DNA from: Acidobacteriota bacterium
GTDB lineage: Bacteria > Acidobacteriota > Thermoanaerobaculia > Multivoradales > J023
Assembly: GCA_039194425.1 (NCBI GenBank)
Contig: JBCCVZ010000005.1
Span: 293,144-357,143, forward strand
Direction: 5' to 3'
DNA length: 64,000 nt
Shown: in pieces, positions 30,501-39,351 of the stretch
Layout: each line of letters opens with the position of its first letter
Numbering within the stretch: the first letter of the stretch is position 1
The notes under the pieces: model-generated
Seen by the model: only the letters and a program-made list of their open reading frames with translations
Told to the model about the DNA's origin: nothing
Databases searched by the model: none
Program-made: the position numbers and the translations under genes

Positions 30501-30741
30501 CGGTGCGCGCGGACTGGTCACCAGCCTGTGGCCAGTCGGTGATCGCTGGGCGATGCAGTCGATGCGAGCGCTCTACCAGAGCTTCGTGCGTCATGGTGAC
30601 ATGCCGCTCGCAATCCGCGACGCAGCTCTCGAGGTGCGGGCGGAGTCTCTGCGCACGAGTGGTCGGAGTCTCCCGGAACGCTGGGCTGCGTTCGTTGCCG
30701 AGGTCGGAGATCCCGTGGTCAACCTGAGGAGGACACGATGA
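27571..30741 (+). CDS. Secreted TPR-repeat + CHAT (caspase-like) protease
   Basis: Signal peptide MKLRALAVVLLGA; TPR repeats (HPIQARSHHNLG, HPRTVATLSRLG); VPDGAL, HFATH, LSGC and SLWPV motifs. Confidence 0.88.
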   Translation: MKLRALAVVLLGATSLGAQPNAFSAAEIDQAIVRLADDVRSDRVLDLEFCQRLLKQVEVQNGRTSSRYAQLLELTIEARIRDGERRSEQLFDMALELAELRAVTKDEQPESYARALHLLGRLEQLGGRFDHALEFYQVALDLRRTLDGSPLEIARTFESLGSVLDDLGRRAEALEMLEEALEILDAEGAGGEAARVLNTLGGTLHRLGEHEEAAAAFARAIDVGRQVFGSLHPIQARSHHNLGYVAHVLGDIERAESNLRQALEVRVQVHGEVDPVTASSQAALGELEHDRGFLHKAREHLEAAWAAQRVGLGDEHPRTVATLSRLGALLADLGLGEEALEAQLEALTVSRRVYPGGDVSTAEILLRLAAVERDRGGLAPARRYLLEAQEIYRRGTKDRHVGAARVECRLAALDEVAGDSVKAAHGFALCDALLARRDLEHPGRIDSLRGLSRTARELGTASRYLQRAEILARSLVGEIHPLRSEIQVEKAVLLARGGEVTAALAEALTASARARQWVRIGVAGLSHREADRFERLGRRPLDLVVSLARRHPEVSVGAVWGEVIAARSLVLDTQVFRARLGRECAGTARRAKLEELDRSTQRLGALWHRGSGVLPEDSRARLATSLRRRAESLERDLAADPDCPMPELQEPSLDAVRERLQQVGDAAILLATARYTDLLADSGAERDRYAAWIATPGAMPLFLDLGPAAALEESIDTWRKVMLGALEGRVDEAEVEAARDGLSALLWRPLAPHLESLTAERANDPIEPAERLLWVPDGALRGVALPALRDERGRDLLDVLPPVVRLASERDLVATVSPKAHGRGLLAVGAPLAAPMEVDTGAELVDPEAPRLPTLEGAEAEVHAIVRLWNESTTNSASVAAVLLGPTATEEAVRRHAVGAEVLHFATHVTRVEVDDLLLGSALVLTGFGSFDRSGQPGDDGYLSAAEVARLDLGATSWVVLSGCESFGALQRAFRFAGARGLVTSLWPVGDRWAMQSMRALYQSFVRHGDMPLAIRDAALEVRAESLRTSGRSLPERWAAFVAEVGDPVVNLRRTR

Positions 30742-31109
30742 AGAAGGAAGAGGACAGACAAGGCGCAGGAACGCTGGCCAACCAGGAGGCGGCGGCTCCC
30801 GAGGCGTCGGTTTCCGAGACGAGAGAGACGCCCGCGATGTCGTTCGGGGCGCGGCAGCTGCGCAGCGAGAAAGGGCCGAGGAGCGTTCGCGTCGTTCACG
30901 CCGGCGATGGCAGGGCGACCCTGCTCATGCCCCGCGAGATGGTCGAGGCGTTGGTGGTGGGGTTGCAGGGCAAGGACTTGTCGGACCCCGGAAGCCTGCC
31001 TCCCGGCGTGTCTCTCGACGCCGAAGGCAACCTGGCTTTCTCGATGGGCGAGAGAAGTGTCACCTCGATGATCTCGTGGGCGCGGATCGACGACGTCTGC
31101 TTCCCCTGA
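30738..31109 (+). CDS. 123-aa small protein, candidate RiPP precursor
   Basis: RBS GAGGAGG; ATGA overlap with the CHAT gene; 8 bp upstream of the rSAM gene; C-terminus SWARIDDVCFP. Confidence 0.6.
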   Translation: MKKEEDRQGAGTLANQEAAAPEASVSETRETPAMSFGARQLRSEKGPRSVRVVHAGDGRATLLMPREMVEALVVGLQGKDLSDPGSLPPGVSLDAEGNLAFSMGERSVTSMISWARIDDVCFP

Positions 31110-31117
31110 GCCGGACG

Positions 31118-32149
31118 ATGACCACCGCGACCAGCCTCGATCCAGTCGCGTGGGACGATCGCTTGCCGTACCTGGCGAACGACGTTCTGCGCCTGATCGT
31201 GATGCCTACCGAGCAGTGCAACCTGCGCTGCGTCTACTGCTATGAGTCGTTCGAGATCGGCCGGATGGGCGACGATACCGCCCAGGGCATTCGGCGTCTG
31301 CTGACGCGGCGAGCGCCGGGCTTGAGCCGGCTGCGGCTCGACTGGTTCGGCGGCGAGCCGCTGCTCGCCGCCGACCGTATCGAGGAGATCCAGGAGCATG
31401 CGAGCGCGCTCGCGGCGCGCCACGGCTTCACGCTCGAGGCCGAGGCGACCACCAATGCCGTGATGCTCGACGCCGAGAGGCTGCACCGCTTCGCCGCGCG
31501 GGGGCTGCGCCGCTACCAGATCTCGCTCGACGGCCCGCCCGAGGAGCACGACCGCAAGCGCACCGGCGCCGGTGGTCGAGCGACCTTCGCGACCATCTGG
31601 CGCAACGTGCGGACGGCGCTCGAGAGCGATCTCGAGCTCGAGATCCTGCTGCGTGTGCATGTCGACCGCGACAACGCGGCGTCGATCCCGCGCCTGCTGG
31701 CGATGTGCCGCGACGAGCTGCCGTGGGACGAGCGGATTCGGCTCTTCCTGCGTCCGCTGTCGCGCCTCGGAGGGCCGAACGACGCGCGGCTGCGCATACT
31801 GGGGGCCGAGAAGGACCAAGTCCTCGCCGACCTGCGCGAGCAGGCGCGGCGGCTCGGCCTCGGCGCCGGCTACGCCGGGCCCGAGGGCGTCGCGGTGTGC
31901 TACGCGGCGGCGGCCAACGCCTTCGTCGTGCGTGCCGACGGCGGCGTGTCGCGCTGCACCGTGGCGCTGGACGACCCGCGCAATCGCATCGGTCGGCTCA
32001 CTCCCGAGGGCAGGCTCGAGCTCGACACCATGGCGCAGGAGCCGTGGCTGCGCGGGCTGCTCGACGGCGACGCGCGTGCTCTGACGTGTCCGCTGAAGGC
32101 CCTGCGCTCCGACACGGCCGGCGCTTCGCCGCTGCGCGTCGTGGCGTGA
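31118..32149 (+). CDS. Radical SAM enzyme with reduced SPASM/twitch-like C-terminus (putative peptide maturase)
   Basis: PTEQCNLRCVYCYE (CxxxCxxC), WFGGEPLL, TTNA and ISLDG motifs; C-terminal CYA...RCTV...CP. Confidence 0.9.
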   Translation: MTTATSLDPVAWDDRLPYLANDVLRLIVMPTEQCNLRCVYCYESFEIGRMGDDTAQGIRRLLTRRAPGLSRLRLDWFGGEPLLAADRIEEIQEHASALAARHGFTLEAEATTNAVMLDAERLHRFAARGLRRYQISLDGPPEEHDRKRTGAGGRATFATIWRNVRTALESDLELEILLRVHVDRDNAASIPRLLAMCRDELPWDERIRLFLRPLSRLGGPNDARLRILGAEKDQVLADLREQARRLGLGAGYAGPEGVAVCYAAAANAFVVRADGGVSRCTVALDDPRNRIGRLTPEGRLELDTMAQEPWLRGLLDGDARALTCPLKALRSDTAGASPLRVVA

Positions 32150-32161
32150 GCCCGAGCTCCG

Positions 32162-34423
32162 TCAGCGGGCCTGCCCGGGCGCCTCCGCGGGCGCGTCGGC
32201 CGGCGGCGGCAAGCAGTCGGCGAGGGCGCGCCAGGCGCGGCGGCGGCGGAGCGGGGCGAACGCCGGCTCGACCATGGCGAAGCTGAGCGCTTCGGCGGGC
32301 TCGTCGACGCAGGCGCGCTCGAGCAGTGCCTGGGCGGCGGTGCGGTCGCCGGCGAGCGCCGCCCAGAGGGCTTGCTCGGCGGCCACCGGGTGGCCGGCGT
32401 CGGCGGCGGCGCGCCACGCCTCACGCTGACGCGCGAGGGCCTCGGTGAGGCTCACCGGCGGCGGCTGGCCGTGCACCGAGAACGCGACTCCGAGGTGCTG
32501 CAGGGCCTCGTCGTCACGTCCCTCGGCGAGCAGGGCACGCACCAAGAGATCGTGGGCGGTGCGATGGTACGGGTAGAGCTCGAGAGTGTCGCGTGCGTGC
32601 TCGATCGCCTCGCTCGATCGGCCGGCGAAGTAGTCGAGCGCGATGTCGAGCGCCCGCGTTTCTGGCCCGAGGGGGTCGAGGCGGCGCGCCTGCTCGAGAT
32701 CGCGTCGCGCCGCCTCGTGCTGGCCGCGCGACGATGCGAGCGCGGCGCGCGCGAGTAGCGGCGGATGCCAGCCGGGTGCGAGCTCGACCGCGCGCTGCGC
32801 CTCGCGCGCGGCGGTTTCCCAGTCGTGGTGGAGCAGGCGGGCGACTCGGCACAGCGCCAGGTGCGCCGAGGCGAGCTCGGCGTCGAGCTCGAGGGCATGG
32901 CGCGCGGCCGCTTCCACCGCCGGCAAGGCGGCGTGCGGCGTTTCGCCACGCAGGCGCCAGTGTGCCTCGGCCAGAGCGGCGTGGGCGAAAGCGTGCGACG
33001 GCAGCCGGGCGGCCAGGGTCTCGAGCTCACGAAGCGCGCGTCGAGACGCCGCGATCTCGCCCTGGTAGAGGCGGCCGTAGGCGATGAGCAGGGCGACCCG
33101 GTCTTCCGCCGGCAGAGGATCGAGCGTCGCGGCGGACGGGGGCGGAACCGTCTGGGTCTGCAGCGCCTGAGCGACATGATTCGCAACCTCGTCGTACCAG
33201 GCCGGCAACTCGTCGAGCCGGGGCTCGAACGTTCCGGCCCACAGGTGCCGCGAGATCGCCGTGGGCTCGAGGCGTAGCGTGAGATGCAGGCGATCGCCGT
33301 GGCGTGCGAGGCGCGCACGCAGTACGTAGTCGGCACCGAGCGCCGGCCACGAGGCGTCCGATGCGACGGAGCGGCGGACGGTCGACGAGGCGAGAACGGT
33401 CGGCGCACCGCCGAGCCGCGCCGCCAGGCGCCGAGTCAGCAACTCGTGGACCGCGACGCCGAGAGGCTCGGTGTCAGTGTCGACTCCGACGATCTCGAAC
33501 GGCGCGATCGCGAGCATCGCTTCGGTCACCGTCGGCGCGGCAGGCGGCGACTCGTTGGGGCGCGCCAGCGCCCAGGTGACGATCAGGGCCGCGAACAAGG
33601 CGCCGACGGTGGGCACCAGGCGGTTCCACCGCCGAGCCCGCAAGGAGGCATCGATCGAGCCGAAGAGTCCGGTCGGCGTGAACGCGCCGTCGGCGCGGTC
33701 GGTCAGTGCCTCGGTTCCACGGTCTCGCGTGTCGGTCAGGCGTGGGGCGGGCACTCTGGGGCTCGAGCTGGTCGCGAGACCTTGTGGGCCGACGCCAGAT
33801 GGCGTGACGTCCGGAGGGTTGGCCGGGCGTGGGGCTACGATCCGTAGGTCTTCATCTCGAGAGTCTGCATCTCGAGAGTCGGCGGCTCGAAGATCGGCGG
33901 TCTGGCGATCGCCTCCGCGCGCGTCGGCGCTCGGTGGGTCCGCGGCTTGTCGGCTGTCGACCGCAACTGCGACTGCGTGCTTGGCGGTCGAAGACCCCAC
34001 GGGTGTGTCGAGCCCCTCGGAGCGGTCTGGCAAGAGCCTTTCGACTGCTTTCGGCGAGCTCGCTTGGACGCCGGCACGGGTGACCGGGGACAGAAAGCGG
34101 TAGCCGACCCGCGGCACAGTCTCGACGAAACGCGGCGCGCCCGCGTCGTCGTCGAGAGCCATGCGGATCTTGCGGATCGCGAAGTTGATGCCCTGGTCGT
34201 GGTCGAGATAGCTCTCACCACCCCAAATGTGCTCCTTCAGCTGCTCACGGCTGACGACGCGCCCGGCATTCTGCAACAGCAGCTCGAGCGCCCGAGCCGG
34301 CTGTGGCTGCAGCGCCACTGCCGCGCCGCGCGCCAGCAGGCGAGTCGGCCGGGTGTGCAACTCGAACTCGTCGAATCGGTAGATCGGCGGAGCGAAGTCG
34401 GTGGGCCTTCGGGTCGGAGCCAC
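32162..34423 (-). CDS. CadC/OmpR-type winged-helix regulator with TM, TolB-like and TPR domains
   Basis: YRFDEFEL, VVSREQL...IW, AIRKIRMAL and ETVPRVGYRF motifs; TM segment; TPRs; pentapeptide low-complexity linker. Confidence 0.88.
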   Translation of the reverse strand: MAPTRRPTDFAPPIYRFDEFELHTRPTRLLARGAAVALQPQPARALELLLQNAGRVVSREQLKEHIWGGESYLDHDQGINFAIRKIRMALDDDAGAPRFVETVPRVGYRFLSPVTRAGVQASSPKAVERLLPDRSEGLDTPVGSSTAKHAVAVAVDSRQAADPPSADARGGDRQTADLRAADSRDADSRDEDLRIVAPRPANPPDVTPSGVGPQGLATSSSPRVPAPRLTDTRDRGTEALTDRADGAFTPTGLFGSIDASLRARRWNRLVPTVGALFAALIVTWALARPNESPPAAPTVTEAMLAIAPFEIVGVDTDTEPLGVAVHELLTRRLAARLGGAPTVLASSTVRRSVASDASWPALGADYVLRARLARHGDRLHLTLRLEPTAISRHLWAGTFEPRLDELPAWYDEVANHVAQALQTQTVPPPSAATLDPLPAEDRVALLIAYGRLYQGEIAASRRALRELETLAARLPSHAFAHAALAEAHWRLRGETPHAALPAVEAAARHALELDAELASAHLALCRVARLLHHDWETAAREAQRAVELAPGWHPPLLARAALASSRGQHEAARRDLEQARRLDPLGPETRALDIALDYFAGRSSEAIEHARDTLELYPYHRTAHDLLVRALLAEGRDDEALQHLGVAFSVHGQPPPVSLTEALARQREAWRAAADAGHPVAAEQALWAALAGDRTAAQALLERACVDEPAEALSFAMVEPAFAPLRRRRAWRALADCLPPPADAPAEAPGQAR

Positions 34424-34647
34424 GTGTCTGCCTCCAGCGCGGTCCGGGTCGGGGCCCGGACCCAGCGGTCGACGAGAAGCACCGGTGGCGGTTGCGGCAC
34501 CCTCGTGTAGAGAAATAGCAATGTATCAAAATCTAAGGTCTCACATCGAGACCGAGCCGGGCAGAGCGGGTTTGTCGTCCTTTCGTGTACGATGAAGCCC
34601 GGTCTTTGTTGCACGAAAACTCTATCCCTGCTCGTATTATCCCTCTG

Positions 34648-35061
34648 ATGAGCAATTCACTCAACCGGGAGCTTCGTCCGCTCCTCGAGCCGGCCCACCG
34701 GCGACGCTTGATCCTCGAGGGGATCGAGCTGTTCAACACCGGCCGGTACTACGAGTGCCATGAAGCGTGGGAGACGGTCTGGCGTTCGACCACACCGGAG
34801 CCGAGAGATCTCTTCCAGGGGCTGATCCAGGTCGGTGTCGGCCTGTACCATCACCACGACCGCGGGCGTCCCGACGTCGCGCATCGCGTGCTGGGCAAGG
34901 GACAGCGCCGGCTCGAGACTCTCGCGAGCCCCTGTCTTGGGCTCGATCTGGAGCACTTGCTACGTCACGTGGTGGCCTGGCGACGCTGGCTGGCGTCACC
35001 CGACGGTGACCCGCCGCCGGCTCCGCGCGTGCGCGTCGTGCACCCGCGGGCGCTCTGTTGA
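34648..35061 (+). CDS. DUF309 domain protein
   Basis: GIELFNTGRYYECHEAWETVW...FQGLIQVGVGLYH. Confidence 0.85.
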   Translation: MSNSLNRELRPLLEPAHRRRLILEGIELFNTGRYYECHEAWETVWRSTTPEPRDLFQGLIQVGVGLYHHHDRGRPDVAHRVLGKGQRRLETLASPCLGLDLEHLLRHVVAWRRWLASPDGDPPPAPRVRVVHPRALC

Positions 35062-35116
35062 CGCCCGCCGTGGGGGCGGCGAAGCGAACGGGTGCTGCTG
35101 AGATATTCTGCGGCCG

Positions 35117-38100
35117 ATGGGATCTTTCGTCGTGACTTGGAGCTTCCGTGGCAGCAGGCGTGGGCCCGTGGAGGGGTTCGGTGGGGTCTGGGGCCTGGCC
35201 TGGAGCATGCTTTGCGCAATCCACCTGGTGGTGGTTTCCGCCGCCGCGCAGCAGCTCGACTTGCGACACTACGATCAGGCGGACGGCTTGCCGCAAAGTC
35301 AGATTCTGACCCTGGAGCGCGACCAGCTCGGCTACTTGTGGCTCGGCACGTTCTCGGGTCTGACGCGGTACGACGGTGCCGACTTCGATACCTGGACCAC
35401 CGACGACGGCCTGCGGGCTAACACAGTCTTTCAGCTCACGGTGGCCCCGGACGGTCGTGTGATCGTCCACTCGGCGGACTCTGTGTGCGTCGTCGACCCC
35501 GGGCGGCTCGACGTGATGCCGTCGGGCTCGGCCGGGGGCGACGCCATCGCGTGCCATCCGTTCGACCTGGGGTCGGTGCGCGGTCTGGCGATCGACCCCG
35601 ACGGAACGATTTGGGCTCCGACCGACCGTGGTCTCTTCGCGCTCGAGGTGCCGGGGCCGTCCGGCGGCGAAGCCAGCGAGCGTCTCTACGGTCTCGCCGA
35701 CGGACTGCCGAGCCTCGACCTGCGCGATGCCACGGTCGACGCCGACGGGACGGTGTGGATCGGCACAGCGGGTGGGCTCGTCCGCCTCGCCGCCGGTCGG
35801 TTCGAGACGGCCGACGGCGCCCTCGGCACGGCGGCGATCACGTTCGTCGCTCACGGACCGCCCGGTATCGTCGTCGGCACCGAGGACGCGGGGGTCTTCG
35901 TGCGCCGCGGCTCGGAGACCACCGCGGTGCCCCTGCCGGCCGTGGTCGAGGACACAGCCTTCTTCGACGCCGCGTTCGACCATTTCGAGCGCCTGTGGAT
36001 CGCCACCGGCCGCGGCGTCGTGCGTGTCGACGGGAACGACTCGCGTCTCTTCGGCCGGCAGAGTGGCCTGCCTTCGTCGTTGGTGCGCGAGATCGAGTTC
36101 GACGGTGAGCAGGTGCTCTGGTTGGGCACGGACGACGGTCTCGACAAGTTGGTGCCAGGGCCGTTCGCCACCTACGCGATGTCGGAGGGGCTGCCCAACC
36201 CGATGGTGCGGACGCTGGCCGTGGGGCCGCAGGGCCGACTGTGGGTCGGCACGCGCGACGGTGTCGCCGTCGGCGGAGTCGAGGGCTTCGACGAGATCCC
36301 GCTGCGCGGCATCGACGACCATCGGGTGTATGGCCTGGCGGCGGCGGAGGCCGGCATGCTGATCGGCACCCGCGACGGTCTTCTGTGGTGGCGCGGAGGC
36401 GAGATCGAGCGCCGCTGGCGCCGCGGCGACGACGGCTTGCAGAGCGACTTCGTGACCTCGCTCTTCGCCGACGGAGAGCGTGTCTGGGTCGGCACCGATC
36501 GCGGCATGGGGTGGTGGCACGAGGGGCGCTACGAGTTCCTCGACCGCCCTGAGCTGGCCGACTCGTTCGTGATGAAGATCCGGCGGGATCGTCGCGGTCG
36601 GCTGTGGGTCGCGACGACCTCGGGCGCCTTCGTCCTCGAAGCCCCCGAGCGCGGTGCCGACTCGCCGCTGCGCCGCCTGGGCGAGGCCGACGGGCTCACC
36701 CGGCAAGCGATCTGGGATCTCGATGTCGACGCCGAGGGCGGAGTTTGGCTGGCGACCAACGGCGACGGGGTGTTCCACGTCACCGCCGAGGAGGACATCG
36801 CACACTACGCGGTGGCCGATGGGCTCACCGACCCCTTCGTTTGGCAGAGCCTGGTCGACACCGACGGAGCGGTGTGGCTCTACACCAACCGTGGGCTCCA
36901 TCGCTTCGCCGGCGGCGAGTTCACGCATTTCGGCCCGGGCGAAGGCCTGAGCGTGCTCGAGGGAAGCGCCACGGCCTCGCTCGTCGGACCGGATGGGGCG
37001 CTGTGGTTCGGCACGCCGCGCGGCGTGGTGCGCTACGAGCGCGACCTCGCTCCGCCGCCGCTCGAGCCGCCGAGGGTGGTGATTCAGAGCGCTCACTCAG
37101 AGCGCCTCGGGCGGCTCGAGTCTGGGGCCTCGGTGCCCTGGAGCTTCGGCGGGTTCACGCTCCATTTCGCCGGTCTCTCGCTGCGCGACGAGGCGTCGGT
37201 GCGCTACCGCTGGCGCATTGTCGGCGGGGAGTGGTCGGAGGGTGCGTGGTCGGCGCCGGTGGTCGAACGCAGCCTGCGATTCGCCTCGCTCGCGCCGGGG
37301 CTCCATCGAATCGAGGTCGATGCGGCCAACGATGCCGGCTGGAGCGACGCACCGGCGCGTTTCGAGCTGCGCGTGACCCCGGCGCCGTGGCAGACCGTGC
37401 CGTTCCGGGTCGGCCTCGCGCTGGTGGCGGTAGGCATTGTGCTCGGCGCGGTCCGCCTCCGCATGCGCCGACTCGAGAACGAGCGCAGCCGCCTGGAGAC
37501 GCTGGTCGCCGAGCGCACCGCCGAGCTCGAGGCGAAGACTCGCTCGCTCGAGCGCGAGATCGGCGAGCGGACCGAGGCCGAGCGGGCGCGCCGGAGCCTC
37601 GAGGAACGCCTGCGCCAGTCCGAGAAGATGGAGGCGGTCGGCCGACTGGCCGGCGGTGTGGCGCACGACTTCAACAACTTGCTGACGTCAATCTACGGCT
37701 ACACCGAGCTTTTGCTCGCGGAGACCGAACCTGAGTCTCCCCAGCAGGTCGATCTCGAGGAGGTCCGGCGCGCCACCGAACGCGCGACCAAGCTCACCCA
37801 GCAGCTGCTCGCCTTCAGCCGTCGCCAGGTCATCGAGCCGGTGGTCCTGCACCTCGATCCGGTGGTGCTCGACTTGGTGCGCATGCTCGAACGGCTGCTC
37901 GGCGAGGACATCGATCTCGAGACCCGGCTCGAGGCCGATCCAGACCTGGTGCGGGTCGATCGCAACCAGCTCGAGCAGGTGTTGGTGAACCTGGCCGTCA
38001 ACGCCCGCGACTCGATGCCGCGCGGCGGCCGACTCGAGATCGGCACGCGCTTCGAGCCGGAGGCGCGCGGCGACTTCGACGGCGCGCCCGGTCCCGCCGT

Positions 38101-38740
38101 CGTGCTCGAAGTTCGCGACAGCGGAGAAGGGATCGAGGGGGAGCTGCTCGAGCACATTTTCGAGCCGTTCTTCACTACCAAGGAGCGCGGCCGGGGCACC
38201 GGCCTTGGCTTGGCGACGGTCTACGGCATCGTGCGGCAGAACGGTGGTGCGGTCGACGTCGACAGCACGCCCGGGCGCGGCACGACCTTCCGCGTCGTCT
38301 TGCCGGCCGCGGTCGGCGAGGTGGCCGAGCCGTGGAGCCGGCCTCGTCCGTCGGTCGAGATCGGGGGCGGTGAGGGGCTCTGCGTGTTGGTGGTCGAAGA
38401 CGAGCGGTCGGTGCGGACCTTGCTCGACAACCTCCTCGGCCGAGCCGGTTACCGTGTGACCACGGCGGCCGACTGCGCCGAGGCGTTGGCTAGTCTCGAG
38501 TCGATCGAGGAGCCCTTGAGCCTGCTGATCGCCGATCTCGTGATGCCCGGAGTCAACGGCCGCGAGGTCGCCGAACGGGTCGTCGCTCGCCGACCCGAGG
38601 CGCGGGTGCTCTTCATGTCCGGCTACCCGGCGAAGGTCCTCGGCCAGCGCGGCATTCTGCCCGCCGGCGCCGAGTTCCTGCCCAAGCCGTTCACTCCCCA
38701 GATGCTCTTCGATGCCGTGCAGGAGACTCTCGCGCGATGA
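35117..38740 (+). CDS. Hybrid sensor histidine kinase (beta-propeller Reg_prop repeats, Y_Y_Y, HisKA, HATPase, REC)
   Basis: Repeated GL..D..G.LW.GT motifs; LAGGVAHDFNNLL, NLAVNARD, PFFTTK, GTGLGL; REC motifs DLVMP and KPF; start may be downstream. Confidence 0.93.
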   Translation: MGSFVVTWSFRGSRRGPVEGFGGVWGLAWSMLCAIHLVVVSAAAQQLDLRHYDQADGLPQSQILTLERDQLGYLWLGTFSGLTRYDGADFDTWTTDDGLRANTVFQLTVAPDGRVIVHSADSVCVVDPGRLDVMPSGSAGGDAIACHPFDLGSVRGLAIDPDGTIWAPTDRGLFALEVPGPSGGEASERLYGLADGLPSLDLRDATVDADGTVWIGTAGGLVRLAAGRFETADGALGTAAITFVAHGPPGIVVGTEDAGVFVRRGSETTAVPLPAVVEDTAFFDAAFDHFERLWIATGRGVVRVDGNDSRLFGRQSGLPSSLVREIEFDGEQVLWLGTDDGLDKLVPGPFATYAMSEGLPNPMVRTLAVGPQGRLWVGTRDGVAVGGVEGFDEIPLRGIDDHRVYGLAAAEAGMLIGTRDGLLWWRGGEIERRWRRGDDGLQSDFVTSLFADGERVWVGTDRGMGWWHEGRYEFLDRPELADSFVMKIRRDRRGRLWVATTSGAFVLEAPERGADSPLRRLGEADGLTRQAIWDLDVDAEGGVWLATNGDGVFHVTAEEDIAHYAVADGLTDPFVWQSLVDTDGAVWLYTNRGLHRFAGGEFTHFGPGEGLSVLEGSATASLVGPDGALWFGTPRGVVRYERDLAPPPLEPPRVVIQSAHSERLGRLESGASVPWSFGGFTLHFAGLSLRDEASVRYRWRIVGGEWSEGAWSAPVVERSLRFASLAPGLHRIEVDAANDAGWSDAPARFELRVTPAPWQTVPFRVGLALVAVGIVLGAVRLRMRRLENERSRLETLVAERTAELEAKTRSLEREIGERTEAERARRSLEERLRQSEKMEAVGRLAGGVAHDFNNLLTSIYGYTELLLAETEPESPQQVDLEEVRRATERATKLTQQLLAFSRRQVIEPVVLHLDPVVLDLVRMLERLLGEDIDLETRLEADPDLVRVDRNQLEQVLVNLAVNARDSMPRGGRLEIGTRFEPEARGDFDGAPGPAVVLEVRDSGEGIEGELLEHIFEPFFTTKERGRGTGLGLATVYGIVRQNGGAVDVDSTPGRGTTFRVVLPAAVGEVAEPWSRPRPSVEIGGGEGLCVLVVEDERSVRTLLDNLLGRAGYRVTTAADCAEALASLESIEEPLSLLIADLVMPGVNGREVAERVVARRPEARVLFMSGYPAKVLGQRGILPAGAEFLPKPFTPQMLFDAVQETLAR

Positions 38741-39351
38741 CGCTGACGACGATCGAGCGCGCCCCGGGTCGCGCCGAGGCGCTGGTCCGTCGCTGGTACC
38801 AGCCGGTCCGCGGCTACTTCCGCGGCCTCGGCCTCTCGCTCGACGAGGCCAAGGACCTCACTCAGGAGACATTCTTGCGCGCCACTCGCGCCGCCGACGA
38901 CTATCGCGGCGGCCTCGACGAGGCGAGCTGGATCTTCACGATTGCCGACAACGTGTGGAAGAACGAGCTGCGGCGCCGCGGCGCGCAGAAACGTGCCGCG
39001 GACACGGTGTCGCTCGAGAGCAGCGCGCCGGGTGACTATGACGAGGGCGAAGCGTGGCTCGACCCACCGGCACCGGCCGCCGGGCCGCTCGATCGGGCGC
39101 TCGATCGGGAGCGTCGGGAGCGTCTCGAGAGCGCCATCGCCACCTTGCCGCCGCGGATGCGCCGCTGTTTCGAGCTGCGGTTCGTGGAGCAGATGAAGTA
39201 TCGTGAGATCGCCGCGCTCGAGCAAGTGAGCGAGAGCACGGTGAAAACGCAGATGTTCCAGGCGCGCCGCAGGCTGCGCGAGCTGCTCGACGACGACAGC
39301 GCGTTCGCCACGGCGGCCGACTCCCGCGACGACTTCGAGGAGGCGATGTGA
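38737..39351 (+). CDS. ECF-type RNA polymerase sigma factor
   Basis: DLTQETFL, WIFTIADN, LPPRMRRCFELR, YREIA and TVKTQMFQARRRL motifs. Confidence 0.93.
   Translation: MTLTTIERAPGRAEALVRRWYQPVRGYFRGLGLSLDEAKDLTQETFLRATRAADDYRGGLDEASWIFTIADNVWKNELRRRGAQKRAADTVSLESSAPGDYDEGEAWLDPPAPAAGPLDRALDRERRERLESAIATLPPRMRRCFELRFVEQMKYREIAALEQVSESTVKTQMFQARRRLRELLDDDSAFATAADSRDDFEEAM

Noticed and set aside
26166-34600. Accessory block as an integrative mobile element
   Set aside because: No integrase, transposase, tRNA target or flanking direct repeats found.
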